Source: a virus
Lineage: Duplodnaviria; Caudoviricetes
Direction: 5' to 3' (one strand)
IMG/VR virus record: IMGVR_UViG_3300021255_004000
Location: 64,001 to 128,000 of that record
Length of the DNA stretch: 64,000 nucleotides
How positions within the stretch are numbered: position 1 is the first letter of the stretch; every line of letters starts with the position of its first letter. The position numbers and the translations under genes are program-made. Positions 1-10,600 of the stretch are shown in pieces. The notes beneath the pieces were generated by a model, which did no database searches, was not told where the DNA came from, and saw only the letters and a program-made list of their open reading frames with translations.

Positions 1-72
1 CATTCTCGGCTAATAACACAGGTAGGCGCAAGCCTACCTTTAATTGAAGAACAATCAATAGGAAGGATATAA

Positions 73-1755
73 ATGAGCGATTTAGTAACAAAAGATACAC
101 CTTCAATTCTCGACTCAGAGGATATGGTAGGTGAAGCAAAGCAGGTTATAGATGCTGTTCCTACTGCTGATATTGAAGGAATGCACTCTCCTGAAGAACT
201 TGCTGAAGCAAGAAACACTTTCTGGAAAGCATATCTTACAAATGGAACAGAACTTCAGGAAGGCAATTTTAACATTGGTTCTTTCTTAAAGAATTACATT
301 CAGACACACGGTAATGCTGACCTTGATGGAATTATTGCTGCACTTCCTGATGAAAAAGCAGGTCTTTACTACAAGACTCACACAGATGCTCTTCAGCAGA
401 AAGTAAATGAAATGGTTGCAAAACTCGGCGCACAGGGAACTCCTGTAAACGCAGAACCTCCAAAGCCATTCAGTGTTGATGATTTGACAAACGACTTGGC
501 AAAGGAACTTGCTGGAAGCGAAGATGAGGTTGACGCTGTTCTTACAGCTGCTGATTCTGCTCAGGATAAGTTTGATACAATCCGCTCTGTAGCAAGAACA
601 ATTCTTCAGGGTAAAGGTATTAAACACCACGCTTTCATCTACGGTGACCCTGGATGTGGTAAGACATTCTCAGTTAAGGAAGCAATGAAATATGACTTCC
701 CTAAAGGACCACTTGCAAGAAAAGGATACTCAATTGAGTTTAACGCAGGTGATATTGGTAAAGCTGCATCAGCAATCGTTGCTTTCTTCTACAAAAACAG
801 ACAGAAAAAAGTAATCATTCTCGATGACTGTGACTCATTCGTTCTTTCAAAGGACCAGGCTATTCAGAACCTTCTTAAAGGTATGTTGGACTTGGACAAC
901 ACTGAAAAGAACCCTAAGATGATTACAGTTGCTCCACAGATTCGTAAACTTGCATCAAAGATTATTGCTGCAGACAATGAAGCACTTGAAGAAGGTGTTG
1001 AGGTTGAAATCAATCAGAACGCTCTTCGTGAAGGCCGCCTTGCTGTTTCAGTAAACGGTGAAGAAGTTTACAATGAAGAAGCTTCTGCTGAAGATCTTGC
1101 ACAGTTCAAACTTGAAGAAGCTGCTCCTGCAAAGAAAGCAATTCGTGAACACACAGATTATTCTGGACTTGGACTTCTTTTCGAAGGCACAGGTGATGAT
1201 GACGAATGGGAAGATATGTCAGAAGATGATGCTGAAGTTGCTGCTCAGTTCGCTGAACTTGACAACGAAGATCCTGAACAGATTCCTCCAAAATGGCGCT
1301 TCGCTTCAAGATTGATTATGATTTCAAACTTGAAGAAAACTGACTTGAATGACGCTGTACTTTCTCGTACACTTTCATACGAGTTGCGCTTGACTCAGGA
1401 AGAGTTTATGGCTCGTCTTGCTCAGATCTTGCCACATATGTTGACAGATGTTGAAACAGAAGATTCAGCTGAAGTTGTTGAATATGCTAAGGAAGCTGCT
1501 TACGCATACTTGCTTGCTGCTGTTGAACTTGCAAACAAAGGCGGCTCAGTTGGTGGTAAACCTGTTCGTATCGTTGGTAAGCTCCAGTTCCGTATTATCG
1601 CAGAACTTGCTGGTAAATGGATGCAGCGTGCTGACGACTACGCTACAAAGAACAACATTGATGTTAGTGACCGTCTTGCATTGGATAGCATTAACAACGC
1701 AATCAAGAGAAAGTTCTTTATGTATGATGTTATGCCATCATTGATTATCGACTAA
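73..1755 (+). CDS. AAA+ family ATPase
   Basis: Walker A GDPGCGKT, Walker B IILDDCD, sensor-like LIMISN and SR finger; RBS GGAAGGA upstream. Confidence 0.8.
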   Translation: MSDLVTKDTPSILDSEDMVGEAKQVIDAVPTADIEGMHSPEELAEARNTFWKAYLTNGTELQEGNFNIGSFLKNYIQTHGNADLDGIIAALPDEKAGLYYKTHTDALQQKVNEMVAKLGAQGTPVNAEPPKPFSVDDLTNDLAKELAGSEDEVDAVLTAADSAQDKFDTIRSVARTILQGKGIKHHAFIYGDPGCGKTFSVKEAMKYDFPKGPLARKGYSIEFNAGDIGKAASAIVAFFYKNRQKKVIILDDCDSFVLSKDQAIQNLLKGMLDLDNTEKNPKMITVAPQIRKLASKIIAADNEALEEGVEVEINQNALREGRLAVSVNGEEVYNEEASAEDLAQFKLEEAAPAKKAIREHTDYSGLGLLFEGTGDDDEWEDMSEDDAEVAAQFAELDNEDPEQIPPKWRFASRLIMISNLKKTDLNDAVLSRTLSYELRLTQEEFMARLAQILPHMLTDVETEDSAEVVEYAKEAAYAYLLAAVELANKGGSVGGKPVRIVGKLQFRIIAELAGKWMQRADDYATKNNIDVSDRLALDSINNAIKRKFFMYDVMPSLIID

Positions 1756-1775
1756 CTTGAAAAGTTGAAATAAAT

Positions 1776-1806
1776 AAAGGCGAGCTTTTTGCTCGCCTTT
1801 TGTTTT
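1776..1806. terminator. bidirectional intrinsic terminator
   Basis: AAAGGCGAGC-TTTTT-GCTCGCCTTT hairpin between convergent genes. Confidence 0.8.
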
Positions 1807-2127
1807 TTATTTATCTTTTTCAAACTCTTCAAACGGGAGTTCGGGTTGCTTTGGCTCAGGGTCTCCTATAATAGGAACGAAGCCAATTTTACCAACTTGA
1901 CCTGTTTCCTGAAACTTCATAAGAAGTTCATTCAAACAAGCAATGCAGTAACAGTTTCTATCAAGAACTTTGTTACCTCTTATATCAACTCGAGTTGTTT
2001 CAAACTTTACTGCACTATCGGTAATATCGCCGTGTTTTGAGCAGAAAATTGCAATCTTTTTTAATTCCTTTCCTGCAGGGATTGTAATTGTGTTGAGACT
2101 CTGATAGCTTCTTTTGCTTTCTTCCAT
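1807..2127 (-). CDS. hypothetical protein (CxxH/CxxC)
   Basis: ORF in tightly packed operon. Confidence 0.6.
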   Translation of the reverse strand: MEESKRSYQSLNTITIPAGKELKKIAIFCSKHGDITDSAVKFETTRVDIRGNKVLDRNCYCIACLNELLMKFQETGQVGKIGFVPIIGDPEPKQPELPFEEFEKDK

Positions 2128-2435
2128 TCTGAATAATCCTCATCAATCATATATTTGCCATCTTTTTCAAAGGCGCCTTCTTTCTTCATTTGCTTATATT
2201 CTTTTGGAGTAAGTTCAACATATTCTTGGCCTTCGTGTTCTTTATAAAATTGTTCACGACTTTTTTGCATATCGTTTAACAACTTCAAAGACCAAAAATA
2301 AACTGTTGTGTATATTCCTACAACAATAAGATATGCAGGAATAAAGATAAAAGGATTCTTTGTCAATAAGAACAAACTTGTGATGGCAATCACAATTAAA
2401 AGTCCTATAAAGAACCTGTTATTTATCTGATACAT
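2061..2435 (-). CDS. hypothetical membrane protein
   Basis: two N-terminal hydrophobic segments. Confidence 0.55.
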   Translation of the reverse strand: MYQINNRFFIGLLIVIAITSLFLLTKNPFIFIPAYLIVVGIYTTVYFWSLKLLNDMQKSREQFYKEHEGQEYVELTPKEYKQMKKEGAFEKDGKYMIDEDYSEWKKAKEAIRVSTQLQSLQERN

Positions 2436-2853
2436 CTCTCTCCATTAAAGCAATTTCAAGCTTCTGAATGCCAATCTTGATTTTGTCATAATCAATTTCA
2501 TTACCAAAAAGAATTACATCTTTAGGTAAGTCACCTGCTTTAATAAGCTCGTAAATGTAATGTGGCGCATACCCAACTGCTTCATCGTGTGTTCGGCAAA
2601 TCATTGGTGATGCAAACTCAAAAGGAATAACAGTTTCCTTCTTAAGTAAACCAACTTTTACAGTACGCTTATAAATAATTCTTACCTGCCAATACTCTGT
2701 CTTGAGTCGTTCAGCAGGTTTTGCAATGGCTTGTCCATACTGAAATAAGTCAGAACCTGGGACCTGCCATTCCTTCATTCTTTGACTACTGTTTACCATC
2801 ATTACTCCTGCGTTAACTGCTTTTTCACTATGTATTTTATGGGTTGCTCCCAT
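2419..2853 (-). CDS. hypothetical protein
   Basis: start overlaps the groEL stop codon. Confidence 0.6.
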   Translation of the reverse strand: MGATHKIHSEKAVNAGVMMVNSSQRMKEWQVPGSDLFQYGQAIAKPAERLKTEYWQVRIIYKRTVKVGLLKKETVIPFEFASPMICRTHDEAVGYAPHYIYELIKAGDLPKDVILFGNEIDYDKIKIGIQKLEIALMERDVSDK

Positions 2854-4562
2854 TACTGAATATCTCCATAGCTGAAGTCTGTTCTTTCAGATATTTCATC
2901 ATTTGCTGTCAAACTGATGTTTTCAAGTTCATCAGTTATGATACATTCTGTTGTAATAAAAATGCCTGCAACTGAAGTTGAATAAGCGAGTGCTGTCTTT
3001 TCAACTTTTACTGGGTCAATGATACCTGCTTTGAACATATCTTTTTCAATGCGTTCAGCTTTTGCATCATATCCATATTCTTTTTTACTGTTGTGTTCAA
3101 TATCAGAGATAATGTAAGCATAATCAGTTGATACTGATTGAATAATCAATGTTGCTGGAATGCGGCAAATATCAAGCATCATTTCATAGCCTGCACGATA
3201 TGAATCATTTGGATAGTCGCGAATCTCATTGCGAAGGTCTCTTGCTGCCTTCAATAAAGTACAACCACCGCCTGGGACAATGCCATCAGAAATAGCTGCT
3301 TGTACTGCGTGAATTGCATCTTCATAGCGGTCTCTTAATTCTTTAATACGAGTTGCAGATAAACCACCAACATAAATAGTTGCCATACCGCCAGTAAGAC
3401 GAGCAATACGCTTACGCATAACTGATATTTCTTCCTCAGAGATTCCCAAGTTTTTGTCTGCCTGTCCTTTTTTGATTTCTTCTTCAATTTCATCTGCACG
3501 AGCTTGAATAGCGTCATCGTCACCAGCTCCGCCTTGAAGAATTGTCTTAAACTTTGAAGATGAAATGCGTTCACATCTACCAAAAGGACCTGCATCCTTC
3601 TGATCTTCAATCTTCTTCATTTCAGTTACAAAATCTTTAATGTCGTCAGGATGTTCCACAACTTTTGTACCCAACATAACTGCAAGATCTTTCAACTGCT
3701 CTTCCTGATTATATGCTCCAACACCAGGTGCACCAATACAAGCAAACTTGCACTGTCTTGTAACAACCATATTTACACACATTGAAACAACTGCTTCATC
3801 ATACTCAGGAGCAATCATTACAATGTTTCTGCCTTTTGCAATACAGTAATTCAAGATGTCTTTCAAGTCTTCAAGAACAGGAGAGAAACCAAGAATTAAA
3901 ATGTTTGCATTTTCAAGTTCAAACTTTTCAGTTCTTTTATCTGTTGCAAAGCGGCCATCTTCAATTCCTCTAGGGAACTCAAGCCCATCAGTAAACTCAA
4001 TAGTTGTTTCTTTTGATTTTGTATGAGAATCCTGAAGGTCAACGATACCGCCTTCGCCAATCATTGAGAATGCCTGATGTACAACGCCACCAACAACTGG
4101 GTCATTGTTAGCAGAAATTGTTGCGATTGATAAAATGTCTTTATCACTTCTTACAGACATCTTGTAATTATCAATCTTTTCAATTAAGTCAGCACAAGCA
4201 GCATCCATACCTTTCTGTAGCTCTGTTGGCTGCTTTCCTGCAGCAACAAGTTTAACACCTGCTTTACACATTTCTGACGACAAAAGAACTGTCGTTGTCG
4301 TACCGTCACCAGCAACTGCGTTTGTATTTTCGGCTGCCTCTTTAATCATTGAAGCGCCTGTATTCATATAAGGATTTGAAAACTTAATTTCACGAGCAAC
4401 TGATACACCGTCTTTCGTGATAACAGGATGTGAAGTGCGTCTATCAAAACAAACATTGCGTCCTCTAGGACCTAATGTTGAAATAACTGCTTGTTCGAGG
4501 AGTGAGATACCTTCAAGCATCTTATCACGAGCTTCACTACCAAAGAGTAATCGTTTACCCAA
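2853..4562 (-). CDS. groEL: phage-encoded GroEL-like chaperonin
   Basis: TLGPRGRNV, ITKDGVSVA, AGDGTTT, ATISANND, GIVPGGG and GIIDPVKV motifs. Confidence 0.95.
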   Translation of the reverse strand: MGKRLLFGSEARDKMLEGISLLEQAVISTLGPRGRNVCFDRRTSHPVITKDGVSVAREIKFSNPYMNTGASMIKEAAENTNAVAGDGTTTTVLLSSEMCKAGVKLVAAGKQPTELQKGMDAACADLIEKIDNYKMSVRSDKDILSIATISANNDPVVGGVVHQAFSMIGEGGIVDLQDSHTKSKETTIEFTDGLEFPRGIEDGRFATDKRTEKFELENANILILGFSPVLEDLKDILNYCIAKGRNIVMIAPEYDEAVVSMCVNMVVTRQCKFACIGAPGVGAYNQEEQLKDLAVMLGTKVVEHPDDIKDFVTEMKKIEDQKDAGPFGRCERISSSKFKTILQGGAGDDDAIQARADEIEEEIKKGQADKNLGISEEEISVMRKRIARLTGGMATIYVGGLSATRIKELRDRYEDAIHAVQAAISDGIVPGGGCTLLKAARDLRNEIRDYPNDSYRAGYEMMLDICRIPATLIIQSVSTDYAYIISDIEHNSKKEYGYDAKAERIEKDMFKAGIIDPVKVEKTALAYSTSVAGIFITTECIITDELENISLTANDEISERTDFSYGDIQ

Positions 4563-4579
4563 AATAAACCTCCAATTTA

Positions 4580-4966
4580 TTATTTAGTCAGCTTTTCAAT
4601 TTCTGAGTCAAACGCCTGTCTTTCATCAGACAAGTCCATATAGTGTTTTGCCGCTGTCTTTGTACCTGCGTCCAAAGCGTGTTCTTTGACTTTGTTTTTA
4701 ATTGCTTCATATCTTTCTTGAACTTCATCAAGTTCAGCTTTGATACTTGCTTGTATTTCAAGCAATTTCAACTCTTCTTGAAAGCCTTTACAATTTTGTT
4801 TGCACTTTAAGCGGAAAACTCCGCCTTCAGAGTATTGTTCTTGCTGACTGCCACAGAATGGACAGTATGTGTGTTCATCATCTTCATAGTATTGAATTGC
4901 AGATATTCTTGCACGGGTACCTGCAGTAAATACTTGTCTTTGAATGTATTCTTTAGGATCGTTCAT
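4580..4966 (-). CDS. hypothetical Zn-finger/coiled-coil protein
   Basis: CPFCG...CKQNC. Confidence 0.6.
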   Translation of the reverse strand: MNDPKEYIQRQVFTAGTRARISAIQYYEDDEHTYCPFCGSQQEQYSEGGVFRLKCKQNCKGFQEELKLLEIQASIKAELDEVQERYEAIKNKVKEHALDAGTKTAAKHYMDLSDERQAFDSEIEKLTK

Positions 4967-5031
4967 ATTGATATATTAACTATAAAGGCAACCTTCATTA
5001 GGTTGCCTACTTTTTAATTCTGACTTTTTAA

Positions 5032-6087
5032 TTATCTGTTTTTACTTCTTATTAAGTTTACCTTAATCATTTTTACTTGTTCAGCAAGATTGAGAACTGC
5101 ACCCTGAGTATCTTCAGATTCACGAATTGCTTTTGCAGCGTCTCCGCCAAACTTTCTTGCAAGATGTTCAACAAGTTCATTGCCAAAGCCAATCTCATCA
5201 TAAGACAAAGTGTTCAACTCATCTTCAAACTCATTGTCAACATCATTTGATATGTCAGAATATGTTACGCCGTAAAGATCATATTCATCATTTTGTTCTT
5301 CGGTTGTTACATCATCATCTTCCCAGTCAAGGTCATCCTGTGAAAGATCATTGTACATATTTTCTGCTTCTTCTTTTGCAATTTCAAACTCAGTTTGCAA
5401 GCGGTCAATAATCTTTTCTTTAGGCTCGCCATTTTCAATCATATCCATACAGTCTTCAACTGCATCTTCACGATGGTCAGGACCCATTCCATAATCAGTT
5501 GTTGGCTGTAAATATTCAGCATCTTTGCCAAACTCAACTTCCATTTCTTTCAAAATGTTTTCTTGAATTGCTTTATTATTGAACAACTTTTCAGGAGCAA
5601 TGCCCTTAATATTAAGATTCTCTCCTAATTTTTTATTATCATCGTCGCTGTTTTCTTTTTTGTATTTTTCGAGAGCATCGTCCTGCTTAATGTTGCCTGC
5701 ATCAATTTCTTGTTCAAGAGATTGTCCAATGATCTTACTTTTAATTGTTGACTGAAGTTCATCACTGTCAGCTTTCTGAGCATCACTGTCCAAAGCTCTT
5801 AACTGGTCTGTCAAAGCCTTTGAAACTTTATCTTCATCGTGTGCATCAGTAATTGCAGCAAGGTCATATTCACCAAGAATATCACCAATCTTCTGTTCTA
5901 TATCTTCTTTAATTAAGCGGCCAACTCTTTTGACAAGTTTAAGTTCAGACAACTTTATTGCCTTGTTGTTACTATTAACAACATACTTAATGCCGTTGCG
6001 AGACTTTACATATCCTTCAAAAATCTCATCTTTCTTTGTATAAGCTGAAATCTCTTGTCCCTCTTGATACTTTGAAAGTCCTATCAT
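5032..6087 (-). CDS. hypothetical acidic protein
   Basis: 351-aa ORF with RBS, terminator hairpin at ~4985-5012. Confidence 0.7.
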   Translation of the reverse strand: MIGLSKYQEGQEISAYTKKDEIFEGYVKSRNGIKYVVNSNNKAIKLSELKLVKRVGRLIKEDIEQKIGDILGEYDLAAITDAHDEDKVSKALTDQLRALDSDAQKADSDELQSTIKSKIIGQSLEQEIDAGNIKQDDALEKYKKENSDDDNKKLGENLNIKGIAPEKLFNNKAIQENILKEMEVEFGKDAEYLQPTTDYGMGPDHREDAVEDCMDMIENGEPKEKIIDRLQTEFEIAKEEAENMYNDLSQDDLDWEDDDVTTEEQNDEYDLYGVTYSDISNDVDNEFEDELNTLSYDEIGFGNELVEHLARKFGGDAAKAIRESEDTQGAVLNLAEQVKMIKVNLIRSKNR

Positions 6088-6107
6088 TATATATCCTCGT
6101 TATCTAA

Positions 6108-6926
6108 TTAGTTGTTGAAATGTTGATAACAAAGATCGAGACATTTCTTAAATCTTTCTTTTGGACGATACGCTGGAAGCTTATTTTTGCCATAAAGTCC
6201 TTTATTGCAACTTTCATCAGGTGGCAACATTCCATTCATTAAGAAGAATGAGTTGCGATAATTATTATACCAAACACCGTTCCAACCATAAAACCAATAA
6301 GGATTTCTTTTTGTGTAAAAGCCATAACCAACATTATAAATTATGTACATTTCAGTCCAAGAAGTTGCAACTGTTCTGAATTGACTGAAATACCAAGTAC
6401 CAACATCAATATTGACATAAATGTTGTACATATCTTCAAGAGTGTACTTTGTGTTATGTACTTTATTATAATCTTCAATAGCATAAGAAGAAACCTGCAT
6501 TAAGCCTTTGCAGTTAAAGCAAGAGCTTGCTTTATAGTTTACCATCATTACATTTGAGGATGTAATATCTTCAGTTCTATGCTTACCACTTTCTGTTGCG
6601 ATAATTGCATAAATAACATAATGGGGTATTTGATACTTAGCTGATGCAAGATTAACTGCGTGAGCAATATCAACTGCATATTCTTCCTGACATATTGCAA
6701 TCGACTTCTCAAGTACTGTAGGAATTACAACTTCAATTGGTTTTTCATCAAGTTCTTTTTCGATTGATGTTTGTGGTGGAATTTTTTGCTTTGCATAAAC
6801 TTTTGAACACAAGCAGCCTATCAATAAAAAGACTGCAGCCCAAATAATTATACAAGCAATTCTGAGTACTTTTACATAACTTTGGGACTCTGCAGGCATT
6901 TCACCACATAAATTTTTACTAAACAT
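6108..6926 (-). CDS. lytic transglycosylase (SLT domain) with N-terminal membrane anchor
   Basis: AIIATESG (catalytic Glu), GLMQV, NIDVGTWY, YNVG. Confidence 0.85.
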   Translation of the reverse strand: MFSKNLCGEMPAESQSYVKVLRIACIIIWAAVFLLIGCLCSKVYAKQKIPPQTSIEKELDEKPIEVVIPTVLEKSIAICQEEYAVDIAHAVNLASAKYQIPHYVIYAIIATESGKHRTEDITSSNVMMVNYKASSCFNCKGLMQVSSYAIEDYNKVHNTKYTLEDMYNIYVNIDVGTWYFSQFRTVATSWTEMYIIYNVGYGFYTKRNPYWFYGWNGVWYNNYRNSFFLMNGMLPPDESCNKGLYGKNKLPAYRPKERFKKCLDLCYQHFNN

Positions 6927-6935
6927 TTTAGCCTC

Positions 6936-7376
6936 TTACCACCAAGACATTACATCTTTTTTCTTGGTGTCCTCTTTTTGTTCGGCCATTGCGTGATAAA
7001 GATCTTCATAATCAATGTCTTCATCATATGACCAAGTTTTCTTATAGCGAACCCTAACCCACCAATACCATTGTTCATTTTGGGTCATAGGCTTATTTGT
7101 TAAAGGGTGAATAAGATTATCAAGATGAGTATGATGCCATCTGCACATACAGTAAACATTTGTTGGATCATAAGTCAATGTTACATTATTACCAACAGGA
7201 AGAACATGTGCGTGATCTATTTGTTGCAACATTTGATAAGGTGGACTTAACTCTTCTTGTTGTTTAACCTCCGATGGCAAAAGAATTGCACAACATCTGC
7301 AAAATCGTTGGTCACGAACATCAACTATTGCTTTTGTCTTTTGCCATTCAGCGTCTTCTGAACTTCTTCTATGCAT
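6936..7376 (-). CDS. HNH nuclease-like protein
   Basis: RD..CRCC...HAHVLP...NVYCMCRWHH. Confidence 0.7.
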   Translation of the reverse strand: MHRRSSEDAEWQKTKAIVDVRDQRFCRCCAILLPSEVKQQEELSPPYQMLQQIDHAHVLPVGNNVTLTYDPTNVYCMCRWHHTHLDNLIHPLTNKPMTQNEQWYWWVRVRYKKTWSYDEDIDYEDLYHAMAEQKEDTKKKDVMSWW

Positions 7377-7794
7377 TTTCTTTAAAGTAGAAATACGGAC
7401 TTACATCAGTATCTTTTTCAAATCCAAGTTTTGTATAAAAGCCTTCGTTTTTGTCTTCTGCATACAATGTTACATAAGGCATTGAACAATACTCTTTCAT
7501 AAACTCATTTAATACTAAAGAACCGAATCCTAGTCTACGATAATTTATATTAACTTCGAAAGAAGAAATATGATCAGAATTGAAAGATTCTTCTTTGCGG
7601 AATCCAATAACAGCCATAGGAACAACACCATCTTCTGTTTCATATTCAGCAACGCACCACTTTATCCATTCATCATCAAGATAGCAGGGGTCTTTTTCAA
7701 ACTGCTCCATAACAAGTTCAAAGCAAGTTGTCAGACCCTGCTCAAAATAGTATGCAAGGAACTCCTCACAAGTATTGAAAAACTTAAAGTTCAT
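7369..7794 (-). CDS. GNAT acetyltransferase
   Basis: YRRLGFGS acetyl-CoA motif; NEGFYTKLGF. Confidence 0.85.
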   Translation of the reverse strand: MNFKFFNTCEEFLAYYFEQGLTTCFELVMEQFEKDPCYLDDEWIKWCVAEYETEDGVVPMAVIGFRKEESFNSDHISSFEVNINYRRLGFGSLVLNEFMKEYCSMPYVTLYAEDKNEGFYTKLGFEKDTDVSPYFYFKENA

Positions 7795-8312
7795 TATTTG
7801 ATACCTGCCTCACCAAGTACTTTTTGGATTGACTTGAAGAACCAATCAAGCTCACTCGGTTTTACTTTTGCAAAGCCATTTACTTCAGGTCTTTCTCTTC
7901 CATAGCCATCTGTAAATGTTGAATCACAATGTAGTGTTTTAAGATCTGGGATTTCAGTAACAAGTCTGAACAAGTGGATGTTTTTGTAAGATGTATACTT
8001 AAACTCCCCAAGATCCTCAATCTTATCTTTGAACTGAGACGCATCGAAGCCAGTCTCTTCACGACATTCACGAATTGCTGCATCAACTGCATCTGCATCT
8101 GTTGTGTTCAAATGTCCTTTTGGTAAGTCATAAGTTGTCTTACCCCAACCTTTTCCTGTAGAGTGACAAGCAAGTATTTCACCTGCTTCATTTTGAACTA
8201 TTAAAGCACAAGATATTTCCTTTCCATCATTTGAAAGAACATATTGTTCATCTTCACCTTCAATAAGTTTGAATAAGCTTTCCTTCATAATATAATTAGT
8301 CATACTAATCAA
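7794..8312 (-). CDS. NUDIX hydrolase
   Basis: PKG...AAIRECREETG Nudix box. Confidence 0.9.
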   Translation of the reverse strand: MISMTNYIMKESLFKLIEGEDEQYVLSNDGKEISCALIVQNEAGEILACHSTGKGWGKTTYDLPKGHLNTTDADAVDAAIRECREETGFDASQFKDKIEDLGEFKYTSYKNIHLFRLVTEIPDLKTLHCDSTFTDGYGRERPEVNGFAKVKPSELDWFFKSIQKVLGEAGIK

Positions 8313-8327
8313 TAATGGAGGACCAAA

Positions 8328-9125
8328 ATGAGAAAAGAAAACGGTCTTATTATTTTTGAATGTGACAAAGACGAAAATGGAAAAGAGATTCTCAACTCAT
8401 CACAGAGAAACAATCAACTTGTTTGGCCATCAGTAAAGAGTAAGCCAAAAGCACAGTATCGAACAGATTGGTCGAATATGTGTAATGTAACATCAATGGT
8501 AATGGGTCTTGAATATGCAGGCTTTACATTCCCAGACGGACCTTACAATCAGCCTGAAGACAACCTTGGCCTTTTCATTTTGACAGACAAAGAGCTTCTT
8601 GAGAAATGGAAGAAACAAGCCCCTGCACAATATGACTTATTCGTCAAGTCTCAGGATGGAAAACTTACAAAAGACCAAGTTAACAAGTATCTTTACTTCC
8701 CAACAGAGTTGCACGACTATTTGAGCTTAGGCGTAAATAGATGGCTTGGTACAAGAGCGACAAAGTTTACAACATCGTTAAGTTTTAAGAAGTTTCTTGA
8801 ACTTGAGATGGTTTTTGGAAACTCGCCTATTGTAATTTCAACAACTTTTGGGGGCTTTGGTCATATTGTTTGTTGCACAGGTGTTGCATATAAAGATGGA
8901 ACTGTGTTCAGCGATAAAGAAGAACTTCCAGGACCTACACCTGAAGGTATTTATGTTGATGATCCTTGGGGAAAGTACAACCCAGCTACAAATAAGTATG
9001 ATGCTCCTAATGGTGGCAATGACATATTTATTCCTTGGGATGTTGTTGTAAAGAGGGTTAAACCTGCCAACTCAGAAGATGTAAAATGGATGCATTTGTT
9101 CTATCACGGACTTGCAGCAGTATAA
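8328..9125 (+). CDS. C39-like cysteine peptidase (possible endolysin)
   Basis: NMCNVTS (Cys), GHIV (His), VDDPWG (Asp). Confidence 0.7.
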   Translation: MRKENGLIIFECDKDENGKEILNSSQRNNQLVWPSVKSKPKAQYRTDWSNMCNVTSMVMGLEYAGFTFPDGPYNQPEDNLGLFILTDKELLEKWKKQAPAQYDLFVKSQDGKLTKDQVNKYLYFPTELHDYLSLGVNRWLGTRATKFTTSLSFKKFLELEMVFGNSPIVISTTFGGFGHIVCCTGVAYKDGTVFSDKEELPGPTPEGIYVDDPWGKYNPATNKYDAPNGGNDIFIPWDVVVKRVKPANSEDVKWMHLFYHGLAAV

Positions 9126-9128
9126 ATT

Positions 9129-9160
9129 AAAAAGGCGGGCAATTTGCCCGCCTTACTTTT
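9129..9160. terminator. bidirectional intrinsic terminator
   Basis: AAGGCGGGCA-ATT-TGCCCGCCTT hairpin between convergent genes. Confidence 0.75.
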
Positions 9161-10549
9161 TTACTTTAACAGATTTTTAATGTTTGCAATCAGAATTGCC
9201 TTGTCAGTTTTTCCGTTGTTTACCTGATCTTTATGGGCAACTTCCAGAGCCTTGCGGAACTTTTCACTTGGCTTGAAACCTAAAGCAATCAGATCATCAC
9301 CAGTTACAATAGGTGCAGGAATTGGCTGACCAATTAAGCTTACAATTTTTGGAGAAGCCAGAGCTTCGTCTAAAGGCATTTCTTCATCGTCAGCAGCAGT
9401 TTTGATACAACCATCGCTGTCGCTTCTGCACAGCTCGCACAGTAAGTCGAAGTCAGGCAGATTCAGAATACTCATAATTGCAAACTTTTTATCCAGCAGG
9501 CCTAACTGATGCATCTTCATATGATTTGCAACTAAGCCTTCAACACGATGAGCTGTTGCACAATCTAATCTTAAGTCTCTCAGGAACTTGTAAGCAATAG
9601 GAGCACCAACTTCTGCGTGATCTTTAACTGCAGGGAAACCATTTTTGCTTAAGCCATTTTTGCGGCCTGAAGCAGGCTTTCCACAGTCGTGCAGAATTGC
9701 GCCCATTATGAAAACGAAACGGTCAATTTCATTTTCAATTTTAGGAGCACGAGCAACTGCAGCTTTTACAACCAGCATTGTGTGGTTGAAAACATTGCCT
9801 TCACTGTGCCATTTTGGGTTCTGCTCGCAAGTTTTCATATCTTCGAAAATCTCAGTTAAGTGAATTGCATCGAAGATTCCCATTCTTCTCATAATTTCAA
9901 AAACTTCCATTGTGAAGTCTTTACCGCCAAAAGTTTTGATTAACTCAGCACATTGTCTTTCAACAGAAACATCAGCAAAAACAACTTCAGGTGTTATTTT
10001 GTTGATGTGTGCCTCGATTGCAGCAACATCCTTTTCATTTGCCTTGAAGCCTTTTGAAGCAACAAAGCGAACATATCGGAAGATTCTTAAAGGATCTTCA
10101 GTGATGCGGTCAACTGCGTTTCCAACAAAACTTAATGTGTTTGATTTGATGTCAGCAATACCACAACCTGTTGGGTCGATAATGTTTCCATCTTTATCTT
10201 CGTACAAAGAGTTTACTGTAAAATCTCTGCGGAAAGCATCATCTTCAATTTTGTTTGAAAACTTGATTGTGGGATGGCGGCCTCTTGTCAGGTCAGAACG
10301 CCAAGTTGCAATTTCAACCTGTTCACCATTGATGATTGGCATTGCAACTCCGTACAAGTTTGCTTTTCTTGTTTCTGTAACACCAAAGATTTTGTTGATC
10401 TCATCAGGTGTTGCATTTGTTGAAATATCATAATCGTGAGGAGTTCTTCCAGTCAGTTCATCACGAACGCAACCGCCGACAAAGTAGGCCTTAAAACCAG
10501 CATTTTCAATAGGTGTAATAACTTTTTTGATAATTTCCTGCTTTGTCAA
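9161..10549 (-). CDS. cca: tRNA nucleotidyltransferase (CCA-adding enzyme) with HD domain
   Basis: VGGCVRD, DYDIST, DAFRRDFTVN, EDPLRIFR; HD motif LHDCGK. Confidence 0.9.
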   Translation of the reverse strand: MTKQEIIKKVITPIENAGFKAYFVGGCVRDELTGRTPHDYDISTNATPDEINKIFGVTETRKANLYGVAMPIINGEQVEIATWRSDLTRGRHPTIKFSNKIEDDAFRRDFTVNSLYEDKDGNIIDPTGCGIADIKSNTLSFVGNAVDRITEDPLRIFRYVRFVASKGFKANEKDVAAIEAHINKITPEVVFADVSVERQCAELIKTFGGKDFTMEVFEIMRRMGIFDAIHLTEIFEDMKTCEQNPKWHSEGNVFNHTMLVVKAAVARAPKIENEIDRFVFIMGAILHDCGKPASGRKNGLSKNGFPAVKDHAEVGAPIAYKFLRDLRLDCATAHRVEGLVANHMKMHQLGLLDKKFAIMSILNLPDFDLLCELCRSDSDGCIKTAADDEEMPLDEALASPKIVSLIGQPIPAPIVTGDDLIALGFKPSEKFRKALEVAHKDQVNNGKTDKAILIANIKNLLK

Positions 10550-10571
10550 TTTGAACCTCCGTTACAAAAAT

Positions 10572-10600
10572 AATATAAAAGACTTGCACGGAAAGTTCAA
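10572..10600 (-). promoter_or_regulatory. sigma70-like early promoter (TTGAAC-N17-TATATT)
   Basis: one of ten copies with the same 17-nt spacer: 10572, 18936, 21048, 27799, 31595, 35749, 39570, 42720, 53998, 59896. Confidence 0.8.

Noticed and set aside
1869-1885. ATAGGAAC match to the handle-RNA motif
   Set aside because: It lies inside a CDS and lacks the complementary closing stem.
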